Source: Octopus vulgaris (taxonomy: Eukaryota). From it: DNA of 64,000 nucleotides. The notes under the pieces are model-generated. The model saw only the letters and a list, made by a program, of their open reading frames with translations. It was not told where the DNA came from and searched no databases. A program made the translations under genes and the position numbers. Shown here one piece after another: positions 11,839-25,394 of this stretch; position 1 is the stretch's first letter, and each line of letters opens with the position of its first letter. The stretch is taken from assembly GCA_951406725.2 (NCBI GenBank), contig OX597817.1:107756001-107820000 (forward strand), read 5' to 3'.

Positions 11839-14800
11839 TGTACACTTCTTCAATCTTCTTTCTTTTTGCACAGGCTTCATATATACTCTGCTTTGCAAAC
11901 ATTAGCCCATGTATTGTTACTCAATCCTAGGCCTCCCTTCATTGAAGAGACCTCTGAACAAAGACGTTCTAGCTGTGACCATCCCTGTATTTTCTTTTTC
12001 ATATAGTGTACTTAGCATTACTTTTTCAAATGTATTCTACTTCAAATAAGACTGTTGGATGTGATTTGATGGCAATTTGGCAGACATAATACAGTGTAGG
12101 AGGATTAAATACTACACTACAATATTTAGTTTCTATTTCTACATTTTGAGTTTATATCCAGGTTTTTCTTTTCTTTTCTTTCATCTGGTATCAATGACAT
12201 GTACAAATAATACACTGTGGTAAATTCAATTGACTATTCTATTCTCTTATGAAATTAACCTTATTTAATTTCATATCCTAGATTTTATGAACAATAGTAT
12301 AGTTGCTTATGTTTCCCACTGGTTCAACCAGAGTATCAGATGTTTTTATATGTTGCCAGTCACAATGTGGTTTTCATCATTTTAGCTTTCAAATGATGCC
12401 AACCTGCTGGATAGGCAAGCAAACCAACATTCCCTCAATTGAAAGTCTAGTCCATCACAGGGTTACGTATGAGTGCTATCAGAATTCTGAAACAACTTCT
12501 CTTTGGCCAACAAGTTTAAAAAGGCCAGAATTACATGCCATTTCCAATTAAGGCAAATGAAACAGACATGGTAGCAAAAGAAGACGCAAGAGTTGCAGGA
12601 TGCTGTGAACTGGTTCTGGGTTCAGTCTCACTGTGCAGCATCTTGGGCTGACCAAAGTCTTGTGAGTGGATTTGGTAGATGGAAACTGAAAGAAGCCCAT
12701 TATGTGTGTGTGTTTATATTGTCTTTGTGTCTGGGTTTGTCTCACATTACTGCTTGACAACTGGTGTTGGTGTGCTTTTGTCCCTGCAACTTAGTGGTTT
12801 GGTAAAAGAAACTGACAGAATAAGTACCTGGCTTAAAAAAATAAGTACTGGGGTCAGTTCATTCAACTAAAAATTCTTCAAGGCTGTGCTCCAGCATGGT
12901 CACAGTCTAATGATTGAAACAAATAAAAGATAAAAGATACATTTCTCAAAGCTCTTTTCAACCAAATGAATTTCACTCACAAGATATTGGACACTCTGAG
13001 AGGCTACTGTAAAGATACTTACTCAAGGTATTGTCCAGTGAGACTGAACTCAACTTCATGCTTACATACATCAATTTATCTTTCCATCAATAAAATATAA
13101 TTTAATTTAACAGTATCCATACTGCAGATGCATAAAAGCATCTCTAATCCATAGATATGAAATCAATCCTACATGGATAGTGAAAAGACACATAAGCATC
13201 TCTTGGATTTCACAATATAGTGATGAGATCACATACAAACAGTGCTGAGATTTTATGGTTGTCTGTGAGTGATGCGTTTATGTGCCACTGGGGTTTCATA
13301 GCTATTGATAAGAGTTGCATATATGTGTCTGTGCTATAAACAGTGTTAAATGTATAACAATAACATTGAAATTATATCTTCCAAACTATTCTAAGATTAC
13401 AAGAAAATATTTTATATATAAAGTGATGTTTGCAAAAGAAAGACTGTTCTGTTGTTGATCAGAGTGAATGGTATGTGGCAAGTGAAAAATATGTCGTGAG
13501 ACTGTAGTAGAAGAATACTTGAAGCATTGTTGATGACACTTAGGATGAGTTAGTTAGATTGGGCCTCAGGATGTTGGGGGTCACTGTAGAGATGTTAAAT
13601 AATTAAGAGGCATGAAAAGATATTGTAGTTCAGACCTGGTTAACTTACATCACTATGGGAAAGTGGTCATTAAACATTTAATAAAATGAGGAAGTTGCCT
13701 GTAATACTGTTGCTACTGATGGTGATGAAGGTGATGATGATGATGAGGAGGAGGAGTTGGAGGAGGGAGGATACGGTAGCTGTCTTTTAAATTGTCATCA
13801 TTGTTCAAAAGAAAGTTTTGATTAATTTTCAAGGGATGTACTTTTAGGAAGTTGTACTTATCCAGTTATTTGCTCTGAGACTCTATTTGAAACTAAAGCA
13901 GTTACATCATGGAGGAGCCATTTTAGCTTTCTAAAAGCACAGAAACAAAAATGCTGTTTAATTCACTTTTCATTTATTTGTTGAGCTGTTAAAATTTTTG
14001 CATTGGAACTGTGGTGTGATAAAAATTGGCACCTTATGAAATAAATGAATAGTGAATTTAACAGTTTGTGTGTGTGTTTGTGTTTAGTTAGCTAAATGGC
14101 TTTTCTATGATGTAGTTGTGAATTTTTAAATCCAAACTTTATTGCTTTTAGAATTATGAAAACCTCTTATTTGCTATGACTACACTCAAAATACAGATTA
14201 CTTGAAAGGAGATAGGAACTTTCATTTATATTTATGATTGAGCTTGAGTGTGTCTAAGATTTAAAAATCATATATATGCTTAACTGGCCTTGTGTCAGTT
14301 ATCTTGACAAGGGTTCCAGTTGATCCGATTAATGGAACAGCTTGCTGGTGAAATTAATGTGCAATTAATGAGCACTCCACAGGCATGCCTACCCTTAATG
14401 TAGTTCTCAGGGATATTCAGCATAATACAGAATGGGACAAGGCTAGCCTATAATCCGTGCACCATTACTGCTTATTTATCACTTGGTTATAAGAATATTG
14501 GGCCTTAAACAGGAGTTGACTCATTTGTATTGCTGAGTTGTCTGTCTATCATATATGACTAGTGGGGAATAAAAGGGTGATATTAATCGAAGATGATGAT
14601 CTATACTTATATTTCAACATATTTAATTTTTCAAACTTTCTATGATTGTTGCTTAAAAATTCTGTCTCAAAAGTATAATGTACGATGAAAGTGAAACACG
14701 AACAAGGAATATAGAAAATCTGCAATGATTGGAAATGGTTAAGGTGAGTGTGGCTCTTAATTGATGGGAAGTATTTAGAGAAGGTATGTTGTGAAAGAAA

Positions 14801-17800
14801 TGAGCATTAGCGACTTCAACCAAATGTGAGTAGAAGAAATAACAGCACTGGTGTAATTTTACATACTGGAAGAAAAGTTAAACAGATGTGTAAAGTACCT
14901 ATAATAAAGGTAGGGCAAAGAAGATATAGAATGCAATAAAGAGATCTTTAGCAAAATAACTGGACCTGACCTCACTAAATTACGGTGTTGTATTGCAGAA
15001 AATAGTGTTATACTGAATATCTGCCCTGTCTTTGCCAGTATTATTAAAACTGAAGGATAAAACAGTAATAATAATATTACTCACAATAATTCTTCTTATT
15101 CTCCCATGAGTTAACTTTCTATTACAGTAATGTTGTCACAGTTGAGCTCTTGTTTGAGTCAAGCTTATTAATTCTCCTGCTAAAAATAAAAAGCATATTT
15201 GCTGTAGCATTTTAGTTGTGTAGTTTTTTTTCTTCTTTGATATACCAATGCATCTGTTTATTTGGTTCAATGGGAATTTAATTTTGATAATATTAATATA
15301 GAATGAGACATGCTGACATGTTGATTGCAGTAAATAAATTATCAAATTTTTAATTATACTTTCTTTATAATCTTCATTTTGTGCATTTTTGAGTAATGTC
15401 TGTTGCATTTTGGTTTATTGTTAAACCAATCAAATCAGATGATTGCATGCATATTTTTATTCTAAATCTTAACTATATGCAATCAATATATATATGTGTG
15501 TGTGTGTGTATCTATGTATATATATATATATGTGTGTATATATATGTATATACGTATGTGTATATATATGTACTTTTTGTATGACTGCTAAAATGTTAAT
15601 TGATATACATTTTGTACCTGTGGAGAATTTGCAATAAATGTTTAATTAAACATATTCCATTAGGAATTGTGAATAAATGTATATATTGTGACTAGCACTG
15701 CTGTGAAATTGCAGATGTTAGATGGACCATCTGTTGCAGGAACTGCACCATGTATCCTGATATGCAAAGATTACATGTTATCTCACTGCAAATGAGGTGG
15801 TTCTGTACTGAGTCTATGTAAAGCCAAAGGACTCAGAATATTTATTTATGTCCTATTTATTTATGGTAGATTTATAGACTCTGTGAATTGTTTGTCTTTG
15901 ATGATAAAATGTGATTCTTTATTTTTTTATAATTTAGCTGGAATTCAAGCAAGAGAAGCTTTTGATATGAATGTTTTTCATTGTTAATCTATTAATTTTT
16001 TATCTATTAATGTTACTCGCCATTGTGTCTATTTTTGAGGTCAGTATGTTTCTCCAGGTCATGTTGTTATTTCTCTGCATTGAAAGGTCAAAGCTCTGGT
16101 AGTACACAAAAAATTGGAAGCTGAATCCTTCAAGCCAAGCCAACTAGCAGGATACCTTGCGGTAGATCAAGAATATGATGGGTAGATAATATCCATAATC
16201 TCAGTTGATCATGCTTGGGAATCCAGCCAGAAAGTCTAATGGTGGTTGATCTTTATAAGACATGTAGAGGTGGTGCCTAAGGTCTTTCCGTCACACAACC
16301 CACCCAGAAATAGTGGGCAGGGAAGATAGATGAATGGAGAGCAAACCAAAACATTTTTATCAACATATTTTCTATTTCACTTTTCTGTTAACATGGAGTC
16401 AATGAATCTGAAAATTTAATTATATAATTATGTTAATGGAAGATTATATTTTGTTAACTGAAACTTCATGTCTCAGTCATAATTTCATGAAATGATATTA
16501 ACACCACTTTCATATGAATATAAACTAAGAGATGTTATGGAAACTGAGAATATAGTGATTGAACCAACATTTGAATCAATTGGGTTTTGATCAAATATCT
16601 AGCATCTTAAGCACTGGAATGTTGATTTTCTGTAAATATGATAACTATTTTAAACGAAGGGGTTATGAACAATTAGCAAAGAGAGTATTTGAAGTTCTAT
16701 TAGCAAAAATGTTAGAAGAAAGAAATGTTCAGAGTTACATCAATCATTTCAAGAGAGATATATATTTTACTTTATGAATTATGTTCAAAGATAAAAAAGG
16801 AAAAAATAGTATTCTATTGCGTACATTTACTCTTTCACATTCCTCTTCTAGCTGCATGAATTCACAATATTCAGTTCATTCAGTGTTTGCCAAATTCTTG
16901 AAGTAATTGCTGTGTTAGTCTTCCTTAATAACTAATTTGAATGTCTTTCATTTTCTAATTTCCTATCCAATCAATAAAGTCTTATTTTATCTTATTAGAT
17001 ATTCTGATTTCCAAAAACCTGATTTCTATCCTTTATGTTCACCTTCTTTTATCCTAGGTGCCTAGAATTATTTGAAGCATCTTATTTATTTATTTATTTT
17101 GCCTAATCTAAAGGCAAGTATTATTTCATTTGGTGTTTTACTTTTAATTCTTTCTGTTCCTACTTTGGAAACTTTCCTGCTCATCTCAGTGATTATGCCA
17201 ACTTTTGGCCAAGCAATCTCTTCTTGTCGTTACACTGCATTAATCATTTTCATTCCTGCCTATATATGACCCATGTTAAAACAAATAGTTTGTTAGAGTT
17301 TAAAGTTGAGCCTCAACTGACAGTCAGATCATAATTTATACTTGTTGAGAGTTTTCTTTAATATCTAGACAGGATAGTAACTTGGAAGGAATAAGACTAT
17401 TTCAAATCAGGATTGTGTATTTACTTAACTGATGGATTGAAGTATCTAAGAAACAAAAGATATTGTGAAATTATCTACAATATTGTAGAAAAGTAGATTT
17501 GTGACAGAGAATTTGATAAAAATTACATACAATCCCCAGTAGTCTTTTTTCTTAATCTAAAAAAAAAAAACAAAAATCAGATTTAGCTATAATAATGCAT
17601 AAAGAAGTGCTGATCTCTAATTGTGGAAGGTACCTGTGGAAGGGGTAGACTCAGGAAGATGTAGTATGAAGTGATGAGAAAGGATCATTAGATGAAAATG
17701 GCAAAGTACCAGATGTGGGGATTTGCTGTAATTGATAAGACGCATCAAACTAAGTAAAATCACTGTCTTCCACCCATAAAGCTTTCAGGTACCAGTGCCA

Positions 17801-19569
17801 CTTAAAAAGCAACCATGCTGGTGCTATGCATATGCACTCATGCCGGTAGCATGTAAAATGCATCCAGCACACTCATTAAGAAGGGCATCCAGCCATAGAA
17901 ACCATGCCACAACAAGCAGTTGGAGTCTGGACAGACAGCTCCCTGCTAGCCAGCTCCATGTCAAACTGTTCAACCCTTGCCAGCATGGAAAGAGGATATG
18001 AAACAATGATGATGTAGGTCTTATAATAATAATTGGGTTTTGTAATTGGTGCTGGTAATGAACCAGCTTTTTGTGTCACAAGTGAACAGAAATCATGCTT
18101 ATTGAACATTTAAACATTTTGTGAGTAATGAGAAGGTTGCAATCATGCTGCACAAAAAAAGAGTTCTGTGTAATGATTTTTCTGTCCATATAATTTGTTA
18201 TGCCAGGAACATGTCCTACAATGTATGAATTCCTCCAAAAAATCCTTTTAAAGTAGGCTTCATATTTAAAATGACAAAATAATTACTTATGCTATTTTGG
18301 TTTCAATGTAAGTTGCTTGTATTCACTGGAAGTTCTGTTAGAGGATCTATATTTTATTAACTTTGTTAATCCTATGAGCCTATACTTGTTTCAGACTATT
18401 TTCCTATACTATTTTACATGCTATAAATCCTCTATATCTATTTTGTGATACTTCTTCAGCCAGTCCTCATTAGCAGTCCATCATCTACTTGTTGCTGGCA
18501 TTCGGTTTTCATTTAATTTTCTTCTCTCTACAGTTTATGAGTCTTATCTCTTTAAGAAAATATATTCATGTTCTATCATTTTAAAATTAATTAGGCAATA
18601 ATTATTTAATGTAACTACATATGTTTTTAATTAGCTCTCTATTTTGAAACATGCAAATATTTTTAACCTTATTCTTTGTGTTTTTGTTCAATATTTTTTT
18701 TTAATATTGAATTTAAAAATCATAAACAGGAATGCATAAAAATATAATAATTACATTATAAATAAACTTACTTCTCATAAATAGTTCTTTCACGGAGAGT
18801 GAGAGGGAGGGAGATAGTTTGATTTTATATACATTTATTAATGAAAGCTTGCTTGCTGTAGGCTAATTTGAGAATGTAAATCAAATATTCATTCCTATAT
18901 TTTGTAGAAAATTATAATTAACTAAATTATTTACATTAAACTATTTCAATGAAATTTATCATTTGCGAAAGATGTTTCTTAAAAATAAATGGACAGATTT
19001 TCATTAAGTATCAGTCCTCACTCAAATATTTAGTCCTATAAAGAATATTGCTGGTCTGCAAATGCTTCCAAATATATGTAGATTTCTACAATTACAGAAA
19101 CCTTTAAGCCTTTTCACACAGGGTAAAATGAAAATTTTCTGAATGGAAAATACCATTTAACATTAGAACAGGTTATAGAGTAACCTCCCATCTACACCCA
19201 ATATCAAATTTTCCAGCTAGAAAATTAAGCATTGCTGTACATTATTAATTTATCTGTCCCTTTGGCAGTTGTTACCATTGTGACACACTTAACACAATAA
19301 GATGTTTATGAAGCACAACAATCAATCATCTAACCACACTGAAAGTAGTGCATGCAGCTTTCAAACTTACATAAAGTTTAAGCTGAAGAGCTTTAGAAGA
19401 TACAATTGAAACTCTTTGTGAAATTTCCAAGGAAAATAACAGTAGTTATTGCAAGGTAGGCTCAGTTGTCACTAGGTAAGAATAAATCTTACAAAAGGTT
19501 TCTTTCACAATAATGACAGCTCTACAAGTCATTATACTCTACAAGTATATCAAGTTTTGATTTGCTATT

Positions 19570-20431
19570 CATCCTGCACAATTTTTCACATATCACCTTT
19601 CTGTGCCTTTAGTTGTCTTTCCTCTGAGCTACATCTTTAATTTGCCATACCTTGTTTCTAACACCTCTCATATTTGCTCTTTTATATTAACCATTGGTGC
19701 TTACCACCTGTTGTTGTTGTCCCACTCTCTATAGCCACCCTTATGTACCTCTGACTTCCATCTCTGTCACTTTACATCAGCTTGCATACTATCTTTACTT
19801 TCTCATCTACCCTTGCTTTCTCATTTGACCTTACTTTCCCATCCTTATTTTCTCATACTGATATTTCCCATCAATTACACCTCTACCCCAATCACTAATC
19901 ATCTGTTACTCTCCTCTGAGGCTCTTTCAAGATTCATCCTTTCTCCTTCCCTGCAATCTGCTGTCTACTTTCTCTTTTATAACCATCTTCTTGTACCTTG
20001 AACTGTTCTGACTCTTGGCATCATCATGTCTATCTTCTATCCAGCTACTTCAACCCACCCTTTTATATCATGGGTTACCCATGTATCTCCTCTGTCACAG
20101 GACATATTCTGTCCCTCTGTCACAGTTTACTCTCTCAACACTTTGCATAAAGCCACCTTCCCCTTTCTCAGTGCACCCTCTCAGTAAGGTGTCCCTTTTC
20201 CTCCATTTCTCTTGTCTTGCAAATTACTTGGTGACCTACTAGTGCTGGTACCATGAAAAAGCACCCAGTACACCCCATAAAGTGATTGGTGTTAGGAAGG
20301 GTATCCACCCATAGAGACCATGCTAAAGCGGAGATTGAAACTCAGTGCAGTCTTGTATCGTGTTGGATTATGTCAAACTGTCCAGCCCATTCCAGCATGG
20401 AAAATGGATGTTAAATAATGATGATGATGAT
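19570..20431 (+). mobile_element. Old insertion ending in an RTE-type tail (atg)n
   Basis: ttaggaagggtatcc...gcatggaaaatggatgttaaataatgatgatg; 5' boundary inferred from the uninterrupted duplicate at about 21575-21665. Confidence 0.55.
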
Positions 20432-21089
20432 ATCAGTGCCATTAACTTACTTGAAAAGAATTGACTTGGATTGCATAACAAAACTTCAACTGCAACTACT
20501 GCTGTTACCACCATAAATACTGGTTATACGTCTTATTTATTGACTTGGAGATAAACAAGCACATGCACATAAATTTGTATGTGTATGAGGATATTATGTT
20601 TTTCCAGTTATGCATCTCTATTTAACAGATCTAAGATGTCTAGTAAAGTTCAGTGTAATTTTAGTGAGGTTAATTCTCTTTGTTATAATCTTCATCAAGA
20701 GCATTAAATATCTGTGCAGTTTCATGTGATTTAGGATTGAGTTAAACTTGTGTGCCAGTGCAGTAGCAATGCTTGCAAGTGACTGTTTCTAATCTTGAGG
20801 CTACAAGTTAGTTGTAAAACACTGCAGTTTTTTTTTTTTTTTTATAATGCAACTGAACAGTTACATTTGGAAAGAGTCAAGTTGAATAGAACTTTAATCT
20901 CTCTTCTGTCATTTTCTCTTCTGCCAGCATCTCCACTCTCATCAATATTGCTTCCATTGATTTCTCTTGAGCCACCAAAGGAATGCCTACATGATTGCTT
21001 TGCTTGCCTGAAATAGCTGCCAGATCTCCAGTTTTCTTCAGTTTTCTAAAAAGGTGGAAGAATACATGAGATAATATAATCTTTTCTTA

Positions 21090-21413
21090 GGGATTAGAAC
21101 ATTGGGCTCACAATCATGAGGCAGTGAGTTTGATCCCTAACTGTGCTGTGTGTTGTGCTTTTGAGCAAGACACTTTATTTCATGTTGCTCCAGTTCACTC
21201 AGCTTTAGAAATGAGTTGCGATGTCACTGATGCCAAGCTGTGTCGGAATTTGCGTTTCCCTTGGATAACATCGATGGCATGGAGAGAGGAGGCTGGTATG
21301 CATGGGTAACTACTGATCTTCCATAAACAACCTTGCTTGGGCTTGTGTCTTGGGGGGAACTTTCTAGGTGCAATCCCATGGTCATTCATGACCGAAAGTG
21401 ATCTTTACCCTTT
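21090..21413 (+). mobile_element. tRNA-derived SINE, second family
   Basis: Colinear with 28481-28780 (gaaatgagttgcga...ccataaacaaccttg...catgaccgaa). Confidence 0.75.
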
Positions 21414-22889
21414 AGATATCCTTAAAAAGACTTACTGATCATGGCTGGAATATCTTTTGATTATAGTTCTTCCTGATTTCAGAGCTGACATGGGGTTAAA
21501 TGACAAAATCTTATTTCTCTTAGCAGATTTTTATTTCTTGAAAGTGGAAATTTTGTATGTAAATCCTAAAGCATACAAAAGATTTCCTCACAATAATGAC
21601 AGCTATCAGTAGCTAGTATATCAAGCAACTAAGTTTTAGATTCACTATGTCAGTGCCATTAAGCTTCTGACTGTGAAATTAAATTTCATGGTTATTCCAG
21701 TAATGATGTTAAATGTCTACCAAAAGATACCATTGGTATTTGATTTTTTTTTTTTTTTTTTGCAAATCACGTTGCCTCTATAAACTTGACATATCTCAAT
21801 GAAAAATAGGTTTAAACCTGACATTTCTTAACAAAAGATATAAAACTGCTTAATGCAGTTAAGGGTAATAAAGTTTTAGTGGATTTATCAGATTTCTATA
21901 TAAAAAATGTTAACATAGTGGAAGAAAGTTTGCCTTGAACTGCCCAATAACAAAATCCTAAGCACAACCACTGCTATCAACACCACCAATGCCATTACTT
22001 CTTACACTACCTACCTCTGAAGCTATTATCATCATCACCACCATCATTTATCACTCTTACCTACCATTCCATTTGAACAATTGTTCCATTTGTTAGGTTG
22101 TTAAATGATAGCTATAGTTATACTTTTTCCCTTTGCTGGAAACCAGTTTTTGTTGTGATGCTTAATACTTTTGTGGTCATATTTCTTGTATATTGCTGAA
22201 AAGTTTAATGAATTTTGAAAAATAATCAAGAATTTCAAAGGATTTAGAAATAAAACTAACTCTGTTATTGTTAACCTGGTGGTTGATTATAACTCACCAA
22301 AAGGACTTGGCATGAAATTATATTGAGAAGTTTTAATTTAAATATGGGCTTGTTAAAAATGAGGAATTTTTGTGTTAGAACCAGCAAGGTTTTCAGGTTG
22401 GTTTGTATCAAAAGCGTTAATAAATATGGTTGAACTATCTTCTGTATGTTATTAGCTTGTATTTCATTGGTGCTGGGAGGAGCGGGCTAGACACCAAATT
22501 AAGTATAGTCTTACTGTCTTTATAATTGCTACTGCATAATTATTAGAAATAATAGTTTAGAGACAGTAATATATTAATGCAAATATATAAATATTTGATA
22601 ATTGCTCTATGCTGTGGATGATTTATGGTTAAAATTAATTCTGTTATATAGCCTGTCATGATATTACTTGATATAAATACTCAGATTAGCGAACATACAA
22701 AACATCTTTTGGCTTCTTCAACACTTATTCAGTTAGGTGGTTGTAAATAATGTTTTGAAACGTGTCCTAAATGTCACTGCAATATACTCAAACTGTTTTA
22801 TATCCTACTACTTTCTTCACCTCAGGCCCAGTATTTTATAAAAACTATATTAAAATCAATTTAATTTTTATATATAATGAAGTCTAGTA

Positions 22890-23058
22890 GGCGTAGGAGT
22901 GGCTGTGTGGTAAGTAGCTTGCTTACGAACCACATGGTTCCGGGTTCAGTCTCACTGCATGGCACCTTGAGCAAATGTCTTTTACTATAGCCTTGGGCCT
23001 ACTAAAGCCTTGTGAGTGGATTTGGTTGATGGAAACTGAAAGAAGCCTGTCGTATATA

Positions 23059-23106
<48 letters not shown>

Positions 23107-23327
23107 TATGTGTGTGTATATGTTTGTATGTCTGTGTTTGTCCCCCAACATCGCTTGACAACCGATGCTGGTGTGTTTACGTCCCCGTAACTTAGCAGTT
23201 CGGCAAAAGAGACCAATAAAATAAGTACTAGGCTTACAAAGAATAAGTCCTGGGGTCGATTTGCTCTCGACTAAAGGTGGTGCTCCAGCATGGCCGCAGT
23301 CAAATGTCTAAAACAAGTAAATGAGTA
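22890..23327 (+). mobile_element. tRNA-derived SINE, full length, with internal microsatellite
   Basis: A/B-box head (gtggctgtgtggt; gggttcagtc), accttgagcaa conserved box; many copies in the window. Confidence 0.88.
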
Positions 23328-23986
23328 TTTCTATGGTATAAGGTTGATAATGACAAATTGATTATTACTCTAATGAATGAAGTAATCCAAGGTTAATAGC
23401 TTCTGAGATTAATATGAGATTTCAATAAGCTTGCATCTTGTTCATCATCATTCATAGTTTGCAATGGTTTTCAATGGGAAAGTTTACAATTCCTGTAAAC
23501 CTTTACTTGCCAGGAGGTGGTCAGGTCAGTTTGTGAAATTTTACCTTAATATGTATAAGTTACTATGTTTACAGTCCTAAATCTTTGGTTATTTGTTTAT
23601 TTATTGCATATGATTTGAGAGCTAAGATCATTCATTTTCATTTTACCTGATAGTTTAAGCTTCTATAAAAATCGTCTGTAGATAAAATTGATTAACTATT
23701 CTAATATGGAGAGTCATATGTACTCTGTTATATTGTGTTTACTGTGTACATTGTATATATATCAGTATGTGTAGGTACATGTATGCAAGCATGAGTGTGT
23801 GTTTTTGTACATGCGTAAATGTGTGTGTGTTTCTGTACATGCATGTGTTTGTATGTATTTGTAAATATAAATTTCTACAAGTATATAACAAATAATGCTT
23901 CTATATCACAATGCTTAAACAGATTTCAATGCTCTTCTTTCATATTAATAGATACATATATATATATTTATATGTATATATATATA

Positions 23987-24286
23987 CAGGGATTCCTCGA
24001 CTTGTGTGAGTAATTGGAGGACGCGCAATTCGAAATCCGTGCAAGTCGAGTACCAGATATTGTTATCAATTACTCAAACACAATTATTTTTACTTTATGT
24101 ATACTTGAAATGATGGATAGATAACAAGATAACAGACAAGGCAATGCAACCATGAATAATAAATATTTTTACAACAAGCGCAAGTCGAGAATACAACTCG
24201 TGCAACCTGAACACTCGGTATCAAAAGCTGGCTCGCGCAAGTCGAATTTCACGCAAGTTGAACTCGCGTAAGTCGGGGAATCCCTG
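23987..24286. mobile_element. Tc1/mariner-pogo-type MITE
   Basis: TA-flanked TIRs cagggattcctcgacttgtgtgag / ctcgcgtaagtcggggaatccctg; repeated gcaagtcga motifs. Confidence 0.85.
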
Positions 24287-25065
24287 TATATATATATATG
24301 AGTATGATTGTGTGTAATTATATATCTATAAATATATATATATATGTGTACGTGTGTGTGTGTGTGTGTGTGATCATCATCATTTAATGTCCGTTTTCCT
24401 TGCTGGCATGGCTTGAAGTTTCTAAGTACATTAAAACTGTATTTTGTGCAATGCAAATATTACTCAATACTTTGGACATTGTATAGAGTGGCTAGATATA
24501 TTTATTACGAAAATTTGTTTGATGCTTCTTTGGGTAGGTCTTCTCATGAGTGCCATGAACAGCCCAACACTGAACATCACTCTCTCCTCATTTGATATAA
24601 TAAGCACACACATGTGTGCAAAACATGCACGCATGCACAAACACACAAACACATACACATACCCATGATTGTTGTATTTATAAATACATACATGTATATA
24701 TTAGAAAAAAAAATGGAAAATTGCTTATATTTTTAATTTCATGTGTTTTGTTATAATACAGGAAATACATTATGAATATAATGATAATATTATTATAATT
24801 AATATTAATAAATATGGTTTCAAATTTTGGCTCAAGGCCTGCAACTTTGGGTTAGTGGCTAAGTTGATTACATTGACTCCAGTGCTGACTGGCACTTACT
24901 TCATTGACTGCAAAAGGATGAAAAGCACTGTTGACCTCAGCGGAATTTGAACTCAGAACATAAAAATAAACAATATGCCACTAAGCATTTTGCCCAGTGT
25001 GCCATTGATTCTGCCAGCTCATAACTCTCTCCTCATTTGATATAATAAATACATGCGTGCGCACA

Positions 25066-25096
<31 letters not shown>

Positions 25097-25179
25097 GATT
25101 GTTGCATATATAAATACATACATGTATGTATTAGAAAAAAACCCAGAAAATTTCATATATTTTATTAATACCAGTAATA

Positions 25180-25394
25180 ATCCTTTGTACTAAAGGCACA
25201 AGGCCTGGAATTTTGCGGGAGGGGACTAGTTGATTATATTGACTCCAGTTTTCAACTGGTACTTATTTCATCAGCCCCAAAAAGATGAAAGGCAAAGTCA
25301 ACCTTGGCGAAATTTGAACTCAGAAAGTAAAAACATGAAATGCTGCAAAGCATTTTGTTCGGTGTACCGATGATTATGCCAGCTTGCCACCTTC
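25180..25394 (-). mobile_element. SINE, third family
   Basis: Copies also at 24810-25020 (-), 58652-58850 (+) and 63320-63630 (-); shared gatgaaaggcaaagtc...tttgaactcag. Confidence 0.75.

Noticed and set aside
15715-15796. Exon-like segment (gcag|atgttag...gag|gtggtt)
   Set aside because: No pyrimidine tract, no SLC4 similarity, and phase incompatible with exon 37788.
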